Origin: an uncultured Dehalococcoidaceae bacterium
GTDB lineage: Bacteria; Chloroflexota; Dehalococcoidia; Dehalococcoidales; RBG-16-60-22
Reading direction: 5' to 3'
DNA: 61,368 bases
Assembly: GCA_964503235.1 (NCBI GenBank)
Contig: CAZCZJ010000003.1
Location: 1-61,368, forward strand
This document shows positions 36,800 through 45,226 of this stretch, in pieces. Below the pieces are notes generated by a model, which ran no database searches, was not told where the DNA came from, and saw nothing but the letters and a program-made list of their open reading frames with translations. The stretch's first letter is position 1. Every line of letters starts with the position of its first letter. The position numbers were made by a program, and so were the translations under genes.

Positions 36800-39196
36800 T
36801 CAACCGATGTGCCGGTACAGGAACGAGCCAGCTGCCATGCAAACCCACTTGGGCATTACATACGAGAATAACCGCATTGCCCGATATTTTACGCTGCTCT
36901 CGGTAACGTTGAAAAAGCCCCTTTTAACCGGAAAATAATAGTAAGGTGATGGAATCGCTTTTGCTCCCCACCTGCTTTTAAAGGTGCGGAGTCCTTCGTC
37001 TTCCGGTGAGCAACGCCCGAAATCAAAGTATTTATAATTATGGGCACAGGCATATTTGATTGCCTCCCAGATTATCAGGTGGTTGGGACGTTTCTTAAGG
37101 TATTTCTCGTCGGAAGCATTGTATTTATAATAAATGGTATCACCGTGGCCGAGAAAGACGACCCCGGCCACGGTCTTGCCTTCACATTCAGCTATCCCCA
37201 CGAAACCTTGGTTCTGCGAGATGACATTACGGAAAATACTTTTAAAGAAATTGCGCGGTTGCGGGAATACCCCGAGTTTCTTGCGCGTCGCCACATGCAA
37301 CTTGTAAAAAAGTTCTATATCTGCTTCGCTACTCGTCAGGCGAACGGTAACGTCGCGTTTCTCAGCCTGGTGGATACATCTTCGGACACTGTGGTGAAAC
37401 CTGGCGCTTAATGCCTTTAGGTCCGGCTCCAGTTCCAGCAGGTATCTGGTATAGTAGTCATAACTTATCAGTTTAAGCTTGGCTTCGGGAGATTCATTTT
37501 GCCATCCCCTGATTTCTACGTAAGAAGGGGCACCCTTACCCGTGTTAAGCTCGTTCTTGGTTTTGTTCAGTAGCAATTCAATATCCGCTTTGTCCCCGCC
37601 CAGGGGCCAGCAATAGTCAGAGAAGGGAAGGCAGACCAGCCTTCTCCCTGTGAATTTACACCGGATAAAGTAAAAGGGTATCGCCGCTCTCATCTGACCA
37701 TCCTCATTCTCGGTGATGTGGTATCGCGGCGAATAGTCATAAGTTTCTTTAATCACCCGGGCCCAGGCGGAAGTATGAAAAACTGTGCTGTTTTCCTGAC
37801 CGGTAACGAACTCGTCCCACATACTATCGGTTGTTGGATCGATAATCCTGACCGGGGTAGTCCTTTCGTCTTGGATAGGCTGAATCTGGCTGTACTTCCT
37901 GAAGGAAAGGAGGCTCCGTATCTTCTTTAGGAGTCTGCTATTTAATACTCCTGTCCTTTTCCAGAATCTAAGAAACAGGATGAATTCCACAATAAAGGGC
38001 AAAGGGTCATCGAGCGACGCAACCGCAAATTGTTTTTTCCCTTTAAGAGAATTCAGATATTTGCTCAAGCTCATCTTCCCTTTTAGAAGCTCGATAGCCA
38101 CGGTAGGAATATCCGTTATCAGGCGAATCCACTTAACTCCAACGCTATAACCATCCTGCTTCACCTTTTCTCCCAGAGTATCCAGATATGAAAGATAAGG
38201 CAGGTCTACCCCGGCGCCGATGGCTATGCTATGCCAACCCCAGGGCCTGGGATTTATTTCAATCAACTTGAATTGCCCATCTCTTGAATCCAGCATGAAT
38301 TCGACTTCGGATAGGCCGGAGTATCCCATTGCAGTAAGAATTTTCTTACTTGTTTCTACCAGCTGAGGTAAATATACGGTCTGAGCGTAAGTGGTAGCAT
38401 GGCCGAAATCCATGGGATGCTGTCTTGGACGCCGCACAGCTACATGAGCCAATAGCTTCCCGTCGCTGCATAAAGAACCGACCGAGAACAGGCCTTCGGT
38501 TCTCCCGGGTATTAATTCCTGTACCATGAGTGTTTGCGAAGGGTTGATTTCCGGAACCATTCTCGTATATTCGTCAATGAGCTGTTTTTTATTTTCAACA
38601 CGAATCGCCTTTTTCTGAGTCCTACTATAGAAAGGCTCTTTTATCGATGGTTTGAGAATGGCCGGAAATCTCACTTCCAGCTCTCTCACTTCCTCGATAC
38701 TGCGTGGATAACATGTGGCGGGTATGGCAATACCCACCTTCTCCGCCAGCTGGTAGGTCAGCATCTTATCATAAGCATATTTGACTATGTCCCATTCCGG
38801 AGTTGTCACCCTGTAATATTCTTCCAGTTGTTGCTTGTGTTGAGATAGGAAACAAACTGTTTCATCATCGTTGGGATATATTATCCATCCGTTAAGATTG
38901 TCTCTTATGGCTAGGTCAAGCAGGAACTTCAGGAAAATTGAATCTTCATTTACATAGGGACATTTTAGAAATTTCGTTTTATATCTTGAAAACCGGGCGA
39001 TACACTGCCTGTTACTAAGCACATAGACCGGGACACCCCGTTCACCAAGGCTCCTCACGATGCCGAGAGCTTGAAAAGTGCCTCCAATAATAACCGCCCC
39101 TACTTTTTCTTTCTGGTTGTCAGACATAGTTGACTTCTTTTTATTCAAATGGCTTTCTTTCATATTCTTCTTCACCGTATGATTCAATATCGCCAT
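36800..39196 (-). CDS. fusion protein: N-terminal ATP-grasp carboxylate-amine ligase and C-terminal FemAB/CelD-like transferase
   Basis: - N-terminal half: VIIGGTFQALGIVRSLGERGVPVYVL.., FPAILKPS.., LMVQELIPG.., SEVEFMLDSRDGQFKLIEINPRPWGW, the ATP-grasp pattern.
- C-terminal ~350 aa: FHTSAWARVIKETY.., FHHSVRRCIHQAEK.., LHVATRKKLGVFPQP.., YKYFDFGRCSPEDEGLRTFKSRWGA. Confidence 0.75.
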   Translation of the reverse strand: MAILNHTVKKNMKESHLNKKKSTMSDNQKEKVGAVIIGGTFQALGIVRSLGERGVPVYVLSNRQCIARFSRYKTKFLKCPYVNEDSIFLKFLLDLAIRDNLNGWIIYPNDDETVCFLSQHKQQLEEYYRVTTPEWDIVKYAYDKMLTYQLAEKVGIAIPATCYPRSIEEVRELEVRFPAILKPSIKEPFYSRTQKKAIRVENKKQLIDEYTRMVPEINPSQTLMVQELIPGRTEGLFSVGSLCSDGKLLAHVAVRRPRQHPMDFGHATTYAQTVYLPQLVETSKKILTAMGYSGLSEVEFMLDSRDGQFKLIEINPRPWGWHSIAIGAGVDLPYLSYLDTLGEKVKQDGYSVGVKWIRLITDIPTVAIELLKGKMSLSKYLNSLKGKKQFAVASLDDPLPFIVEFILFLRFWKRTGVLNSRLLKKIRSLLSFRKYSQIQPIQDERTTPVRIIDPTTDSMWDEFVTGQENSTVFHTSAWARVIKETYDYSPRYHITENEDGQMRAAIPFYFIRCKFTGRRLVCLPFSDYCWPLGGDKADIELLLNKTKNELNTGKGAPSYVEIRGWQNESPEAKLKLISYDYYTRYLLELEPDLKALSARFHHSVRRCIHQAEKRDVTVRLTSSEADIELFYKLHVATRKKLGVFPQPRNFFKSIFRNVISQNQGFVGIAECEGKTVAGVVFLGHGDTIYYKYNASDEKYLKKRPNHLIIWEAIKYACAHNYKYFDFGRCSPEDEGLRTFKSRWGAKAIPSPYYYFPVKRGFFNVTESSVKYRAMRLFSYVMPKWVCMAAGSFLYRHIG

Positions 39197-39226
39197 TCGT
39201 TATACATCCCCTCGGTTGTACACTCG

Positions 39227-39946
39227 TTAATTCGGGACGTCGTAAACCTCACTTCGGTCGCTTTTATCCTGGTGGTATTTCCTGAACGTAAAGAATAATA
39301 ATTTAAATCCCGGTGCATATCCAAACCGCTTAAATCCTGTCCTTTCGGCTCCTTTTATGGAGGCTATGTTGTCTTCTTCAATATAGCCTATTACCCATTT
39401 ATAGCCCCGCTCCTTGCAGATTCGCAAGCGGTCAATAATGATTGAAGGATGGAGTCGGTTACCCCGGAACTTCTCAAAAGTATAAGCTCCTGCCAGAATA
39501 ACCTCATCTTCCCGGAGAGTGTGGAACCATTTTCTAAACCCACCCTCTACTTTTTTATCATCCGTTGGGAATATAGTAAACGCTATGGTACATATCTCAT
39601 TGGTATCCACCGTCCTGGCAACATAGCAGTTTTGGTAGCCGTCTTCGAACATCCACTTACGAAATAGTACCTTTTCAACCATCTTCTTGCTTTCCGCTTT
39701 GGCTTTCTCCATTACCTCTTCCATGTCTTCTTTGGTGGCCAGCTTAAGAGTATATTTAATATTGGCTTCGATTTTTGGCAGTTCGAACTGCTCCAGATTC
39801 AAGGATAGACCAATCTGGTTAGACCGGCTGTATATATGCTGTTTCAACTTCTTCAGAAAAACTCTGAGGCCAGCGATTTTTAATAGCATGACTCCGTAGT
39901 ACATCAAGCCCAGGATTCTCTTTAATATTGCTTTTATTTTTTTCAT
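39227..39946 (-). CDS. GNAT-family N-acyltransferase (tentative)
   Basis: The C-terminal half has GNAT-like beta4-alpha3 features (AGAYTFEKFRGNRLHPSIIIDRL..GYIEEDNIASIKGAERTGFKRFG). This is a weak, motif-level call. Confidence 0.5.
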   Translation of the reverse strand: MKKIKAILKRILGLMYYGVMLLKIAGLRVFLKKLKQHIYSRSNQIGLSLNLEQFELPKIEANIKYTLKLATKEDMEEVMEKAKAESKKMVEKVLFRKWMFEDGYQNCYVARTVDTNEICTIAFTIFPTDDKKVEGGFRKWFHTLREDEVILAGAYTFEKFRGNRLHPSIIIDRLRICKERGYKWVIGYIEEDNIASIKGAERTGFKRFGYAPGFKLLFFTFRKYHQDKSDRSEVYDVPN

Positions 39947-39960
39947 CTTGGATGCATCCG

Positions 39961-41271
39961 TCAGCTCTTGAATTTGCTCTCCAGAATCCTCATTATAAAA
40001 TCCGTTATTGTTATGGAGTCGATATCTCCGGTTATGGATAACGCGCTTCTGGCCCCATCAGGCCAACGCCAGTACCTGAGCAAACAGGCATTCGATTGTT
40101 CGATTTTTTTTGAAAGAGCCTTTTCATCAGCCTGGTTGAACTTCTTTAAATCATCGAGATATATCCCGCACTCTTCCGGTTTTTTATTGAATTCTACAAT
40201 ATATCCTTCGCTCTGTAAAAACTTGACGGCTGTAGTAGAAGACCCTGCTGCTATGCCGATAACAGGTCGCACTGGACTTTCCAGGGAAAAATCTCTATCC
40301 CTGATGTACAGATAACTATCTAACCACCGGTCTGCAGATACGTTTACTTTACCGTTTTTTAATAATATTGTGGCTCGCTCGGAGCACTCCGCTTTTACTC
40401 CGTATCTGCCGTCACTCCGGTGTTCAATTTTGAAAGTGAACTTGTCTCTCTCCCGCCACCACTCGGCGATCTCTCTTAAAGTGGCTATCCAGACCGGCGG
40501 ATTTAATTCTCTGGCCTTTCGGAGTATTTTCACCAAACCGTTTTCACAGTGTATAATCCTTTCAGGATGTAACGAGAAATTAAACAGCTCACCGCTGTCA
40601 TATATCCGCTGCATGATTTCCACCCAGATATCACTGATTTTTTCCGAGTCGGTAATACCCATTCGTTCCACCAGTACTTCATCGTCTGGAATAGAAACCG
40701 GAATTTCTATCAACCCGTCTTCGAATCTAGGCAAAGATAAATACTTTTCGGCATCCAGCGGCTGGTAAAACTCCTTCAGGAGACTGAGGTTGTCCTTAAC
40801 ATACGTCGAGTAACTGTCGATATCGTTTACCGGCCACCACAAGGCGCGGCTGCTATCGTACAGGAAACCCAGGTCACTCAATATCGGCGTCGTGTGTTCA
40901 TTGGTCCGCAGAAAGGGAGCGCGAAAACCGACGAAAGGAACCTGGCATCGATTGAAGGTATGCATCGCTCTCTCAAAGTGATGGCCCATTTTTTCGTTAT
41001 CGACTACCTTATAGTCGATGTGTACGTATCCGTGTACCGCGAACTCGACTCCCCGATAGCTTAATTCCTTGATGTATCCCGGGTGTCTTGCCAGCACCAC
41101 TGCGGTAAGGGCAAATGTCGGGATACAGCCGGCGCTATGCGTTACATCGAAATATCTTTTAAGACAGCGTTCAAACTTCTTCGAGGAAATGCCGAAGCGG
41201 CACGCTACCGTAATAATCCTCGATATTAAATTTCTGAGTCCCCTTGATTTTGATAAAAAGCTTAATTTCAT
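39961..41271 (-). CDS. polysaccharide deacetylase-like protein (NodB-type N-terminal domain plus a C-terminal domain of unknown function)
   Basis: IPTFALTAVVLARHPGYIKELSYRGVEFAVHGYVHIDY and FVGFRAPFLR resemble the carbohydrate-esterase-4 pattern. The canonical TFDDG motif is not obvious. Confidence 0.6.
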   Translation of the reverse strand: MKLSFLSKSRGLRNLISRIITVACRFGISSKKFERCLKRYFDVTHSAGCIPTFALTAVVLARHPGYIKELSYRGVEFAVHGYVHIDYKVVDNEKMGHHFERAMHTFNRCQVPFVGFRAPFLRTNEHTTPILSDLGFLYDSSRALWWPVNDIDSYSTYVKDNLSLLKEFYQPLDAEKYLSLPRFEDGLIEIPVSIPDDEVLVERMGITDSEKISDIWVEIMQRIYDSGELFNFSLHPERIIHCENGLVKILRKARELNPPVWIATLREIAEWWRERDKFTFKIEHRSDGRYGVKAECSERATILLKNGKVNVSADRWLDSYLYIRDRDFSLESPVRPVIGIAAGSSTTAVKFLQSEGYIVEFNKKPEECGIYLDDLKKFNQADEKALSKKIEQSNACLLRYWRWPDGARSALSITGDIDSITITDFIMRILESKFKS

Positions 41272-41374
41272 CTCGGCCGCGGCATCACCACCAAGTCAGC
41301 AAAAAGCTGGAGTTCGGCTCTCTGAGAGCCAATATTCCCTATACTAACTCTTGTGCCATTACCTCCTTAAATAT

Positions 41375-44300
41375 TCACGCTTTGTTGCTCAGTCGTCCCA
41401 CTGCCGCCTCAATACTTTCATTTATTTTTTCCGCCAATAGCGGTACAAAAGGCTCGGCGAGCATCTGCCTGGGATAAACCGGCAGTTTATAAAGCTCAAT
41501 CCCCAAGGGGGCTATTTCACCCCAGTTCACTTCCGGCAGAGTATTTTCTTTGTATTCCTTAGCCGGAACAATATTTACAATCGGCCAGGGATAGGCATCT
41601 TTCGGCACGTATTCATTGGCTGCCCTGTTGTTAGTTTCTTCTAACAAATAGAGCAAAGAATGGTACCCGTTATCTTTACGAAACTCGAACCCGCTTGATT
41701 TTACCGTCTCAATTAGCAACGCTAGCCTCTCTTTAATAAGGTCCATCCTCCGTTTCATGAAATTTTTTTCTCCGGATAGTAATCTTCCCCGGTTAAAATT
41801 GATTTTCTGAAGATAGTAATAAATCTTATCAAGTATCGACCGGTCTGGCATATTACCCCAATTGTAGGTCTCCATAAAAATCAACATAGCCACTTCCTGC
41901 CCCCGGGCACGCAATCGCTGAGCCATCTCCAGCGCCACCGTACCGCCCATGCAAAAGCCACCCAGCAAATACGGGCCGGCGGGTTGAACAGCCAGAATCT
42001 CCTGCAGGTACTGCTCCGCCATGTCCTCAATACGGGTGTGAAAAGGCTGTTCTCTATCCAGCCCGCGTGATTGCAGCCCATACACCGCCTGTTCCGGCTT
42101 TAAGTACCGCAGCAGGTCAGAATAGATTAAAATATTACCTCCGCCGGCGTGCGCGAGATAAAGAGGCAATCCGGAATCTCCAGGCTTCATCTCTACCAGG
42201 CATTGCCAGGAATCCGCGCCCCCACTGTCGCGGATAAGCTTGGCCAGTGTATCAATCGTAGGTGCTTTATAGAGAGTGGCTATGGGGAAATTTTTCTGGA
42301 ATATCCTCTCGATTTTGCTGAACAGTTGAACGGCTATCAGGGAGTTGCCGCCCAGATCAAAAAAGTTATCGGTGTTGCTCACATGCCTGACGCCGAGTAC
42401 ATTCTGCCATATCGCGGCGAGAGTCTCTTCTACACTTGTCTCGTGATTTTCAAAAACATTCGCTGGCGGCTTATTCCTCGATTCCTGCACTGGCCGAATC
42501 GCTTCATCCCCCTCATTTATCGAAACGGCTTCGCCGGAGGCTATTTCAGGTATCTGTTGGCCGGTGTCAACCCAGTAGCGCTGGCGTTCGAAGGGATAGG
42601 TCGGCAAAGATACGCGATGCCGGAGCTCGTCTTGGTAAAAACCGTACCAGTCCACTTCAAGTCCGGCCATCCAGAGCTGCCCGAGCGTGTTCAGGATATA
42701 AGCCATATCTGAGGTTGCCTCTTTCGGGTGATGCGTCGAGGCGAGTATAACGCTTTCCGGTGTTGCCGCCGGATGCTGCCTGGCCAGTGTGCTGAAGGTG
42801 TTACCCGGCCCGACCTCAAGAATAACCCTGTCCGGTTCTTTTAATAATTCCTGCAGGCAATCGGAAAACCGTACCGTCTGCCGCAGTTGCCTGCCCCAGT
42901 ACTCCGGATTGGTGGCCTCCTCCGAGGTAATCCAGGTGCCGGTAACGTTGGAAAGGAATGGAATCTGCGGCGCATTCAGTTTGACCTGCCCTACCTCTTC
43001 GACAAGGGCACTCACTACGGGTTCCATCATTCCGGAATGAAAAGCATGAGAAGTGTGTACGTGACGGCAGGTTACCTCTTTATCGGCTAGCTGCTTTTCC
43101 AGTGCGCCAACAGCCTCTTTTTCTCCGGAAACAACGCAAAGCGAAGGCCCGTTGATAACCGCCAGCGATAGCCTTTCATCAAGTAACTGTCGCACCTCTT
43201 TTTCGGGGAGAAACACGGCCAGCATCGAGCCTGCAGGCATTCCCTGCATCAACCGGCCCCGGGCAGCCACCAGTGCCAGGGCGTCCTCGAGAGAAAACAC
43301 CCCCGCCAGGCAGGCGGCAACATATTCCCCGATACTGTGCCCTACCATCGCCGCCGGGTGCACACCCCAGGATTTCCATAGCTGCGCCAGGGCGTATTCG
43401 ATGGTGAACAGCGCCGGCTGGTTCATGGATGTCTGCATCAGCTTTTGCGTCGCGTCGGCGGTAACCGGTCCCTCCGGATACATTATGTCACGTAAGTCCA
43501 GTTTAAGGTGGGGTCGGAGAATCTCCGAGCAGCGGTCTATCTGCTCCCGAAAAACCGGCTCGGTATCATAGAGTTCCCGCCCCATGCCGACATACTGGGA
43601 GCCCTGCCCTGAGAATATGAACGCCACGTCGCGTTTACCTTTATCTCCGGTGGAATCCAGCACCCGTTTCTTATCAACCATCCTCAGGGTTTCTATAGCA
43701 TCGTCGATATCCTGACAGACCAGCATACGCCGGTGATTAAACTGTTTCCGCCCGATCTGGAGCGTATAGGCGATATCGGCGAGGTTAGCTCCCCCGTGAT
43801 TCCTCAGGTATTCCTCCAGGTTTACCGTCGCAGTCTCCAGAGCCGTGGCCGTCCGGGCTGAGAGGAGTAATAACTGCCAGCCCCGCGACTTTCCTGAATC
43901 ATCTACTCTGGGAGCTTCTTCCAGGATGACATGGGCGTTGGTACCACCAACACCGAAAGAACTCACCCCCGCCCGGCGCGGTATGCTGTCGGGTTGCCAC
44001 TCCGCTAATGCCGTATTGACGTAGAAAGGACTGCTCGCAAAATCAATATCATGATTTGACTCTTTATAGTTTATATTGGGAACCAGCATTTTCTTATGGA
44101 GCATCATGGCGGTCTTTATCAGCCCCACTATACCGGCGGCGGCGTCCAAGTGCCCGATGTTAGCCTTGATAGAGCCGATTGCGCAGGATTTTTCCACGGT
44201 AGCCCGGTTATGAAATGCCTGTGTCAGTGCCGCGATCTCAACGGTATCCCCCAGATATGTCCCGGTACCGTGGGTTTCAATATAGGAAATGGTTTCCGGC

Positions 44301-45223
44301 TTGACATCTGCATTGGCCAGAGCCATGGCGATAACTTCGGCCTGACCATCGACACTGGGAGCGGTAAAACTGACCTTGTTAGCGCCGTCATTATTCATGG
44401 CGAGCCCTTTTATAACGGCGTAAATCTGGTCTCCGTCTCTTAGCGCATCCTCAAGGCGTTTCAGCAAAACGACTGCGGCACCATTACTGAAGACGGTACC
44501 ACTAGCCTGCGAATCGAAGGGCCGGCAATGGCCGTCGGAAGATACTATCTCACCTTCCTGATATAGATAACCACTGTTCTGCGGACAGTTGACAAAGCTG
44601 CCGCCAGCTAACGCCATGTCACACTGGTAGCTCATCAGGCTGTCAAAGCTCTGGCAGACAGCTACCAGCGACAATGAACAGCCGGTATAAAGACTCACGC
44701 TCGGGCCCCTGAGATTTAATTTATACGAGACACGTGTGGCTAAATAGTCAGGGGCATTTGCCAGATTAGTCTGGTGTTCACCGAAAGTCTTGATCAGATT
44801 TCGGTTACAGGCTATGATATTGGAGAAATAGGTATTGTATCCCGTACCGCCATAGACAGCAATCAACCCTTTATAAGTATCGGGATTATAACCCGCGTCT
44901 TCAAGGACTTCCCAGGCGCACTCAAGAAAGAGACGCTGCTGTGGGTCAATTAGTGAAGCTTCTCGGGGGCTGATGCGAAAGAAGCCGGCATCGAATTTAT
45001 CGACATCATTAATCATCCCCCTGGCCCTGACATAGTTAGGGCTGTTTCTTAATTCTTCACTTATGCTCGCGTCCAGGTCATTATCACCCATAAAAGTGAT
45101 GGACTCGACGCCCTCGCACAGGTTACGCCATAGCTTTTCGGTATCAGGCGCGCCGGGGAATCTCCCCGCCATACCGATGATAGCGACTCCAGATAAATTA
45201 GGATTACCCATAGAATCGGTCAT
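41375..45223 (-). CDS. type I polyketide synthase module KS-AT-T-TE, with no KR/DH/ER
   Basis: - KS: DPQQRLFLE, TGCSLSLVA (Cys), HGTGT, NIGHLDAAAG.
- AT: FIFSGQGSQYVGMG, GHSIGEYVAA, HAFHS (malonyl-type motif).
- Carrier: FFDLGGNSLIAVQL (PCP-like).
- TE: GPYLLGGFCMGGTVALEMA, where Cys (codon 41951-41953) sits in place of the GxSxG serine. Confidence 0.9.
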   Translation of the reverse strand: MTDSMGNPNLSGVAIIGMAGRFPGAPDTEKLWRNLCEGVESITFMGDNDLDASISEELRNSPNYVRARGMINDVDKFDAGFFRISPREASLIDPQQRLFLECAWEVLEDAGYNPDTYKGLIAVYGGTGYNTYFSNIIACNRNLIKTFGEHQTNLANAPDYLATRVSYKLNLRGPSVSLYTGCSLSLVAVCQSFDSLMSYQCDMALAGGSFVNCPQNSGYLYQEGEIVSSDGHCRPFDSQASGTVFSNGAAVVLLKRLEDALRDGDQIYAVIKGLAMNNDGANKVSFTAPSVDGQAEVIAMALANADVKPETISYIETHGTGTYLGDTVEIAALTQAFHNRATVEKSCAIGSIKANIGHLDAAAGIVGLIKTAMMLHKKMLVPNINYKESNHDIDFASSPFYVNTALAEWQPDSIPRRAGVSSFGVGGTNAHVILEEAPRVDDSGKSRGWQLLLLSARTATALETATVNLEEYLRNHGGANLADIAYTLQIGRKQFNHRRMLVCQDIDDAIETLRMVDKKRVLDSTGDKGKRDVAFIFSGQGSQYVGMGRELYDTEPVFREQIDRCSEILRPHLKLDLRDIMYPEGPVTADATQKLMQTSMNQPALFTIEYALAQLWKSWGVHPAAMVGHSIGEYVAACLAGVFSLEDALALVAARGRLMQGMPAGSMLAVFLPEKEVRQLLDERLSLAVINGPSLCVVSGEKEAVGALEKQLADKEVTCRHVHTSHAFHSGMMEPVVSALVEEVGQVKLNAPQIPFLSNVTGTWITSEEATNPEYWGRQLRQTVRFSDCLQELLKEPDRVILEVGPGNTFSTLARQHPAATPESVILASTHHPKEATSDMAYILNTLGQLWMAGLEVDWYGFYQDELRHRVSLPTYPFERQRYWVDTGQQIPEIASGEAVSINEGDEAIRPVQESRNKPPANVFENHETSVEETLAAIWQNVLGVRHVSNTDNFFDLGGNSLIAVQLFSKIERIFQKNFPIATLYKAPTIDTLAKLIRDSGGADSWQCLVEMKPGDSGLPLYLAHAGGGNILIYSDLLRYLKPEQAVYGLQSRGLDREQPFHTRIEDMAEQYLQEILAVQPAGPYLLGGFCMGGTVALEMAQRLRARGQEVAMLIFMETYNWGNMPDRSILDKIYYYLQKINFNRGRLLSGEKNFMKRRMDLIKERLALLIETVKSSGFEFRKDNGYHSLLYLLEETNNRAANEYVPKDAYPWPIVNIVPAKEYKENTLPEVNWGEIAPLGIELYKLPVYPRQMLAEPFVPLLAEKINESIEAAVGRLSNKA

Positions 45224-45226
45224 GTA

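Noticed and set aside
41881-44443. Multiple 66-187-aa ORFs on the plus strand, and short minus-strand ORFs, inside the PKS gene (e.g. 42149-42712, 42436-42750, 43152-43571, 44096-44443).
   Set aside because: They lie entirely within a 1282-aa ORF that has unambiguous KS/AT/T/TE motifs. Their Arg/Ser/Pro-rich translations are typical of antisense or out-of-frame reading of GC-richer coding DNA.
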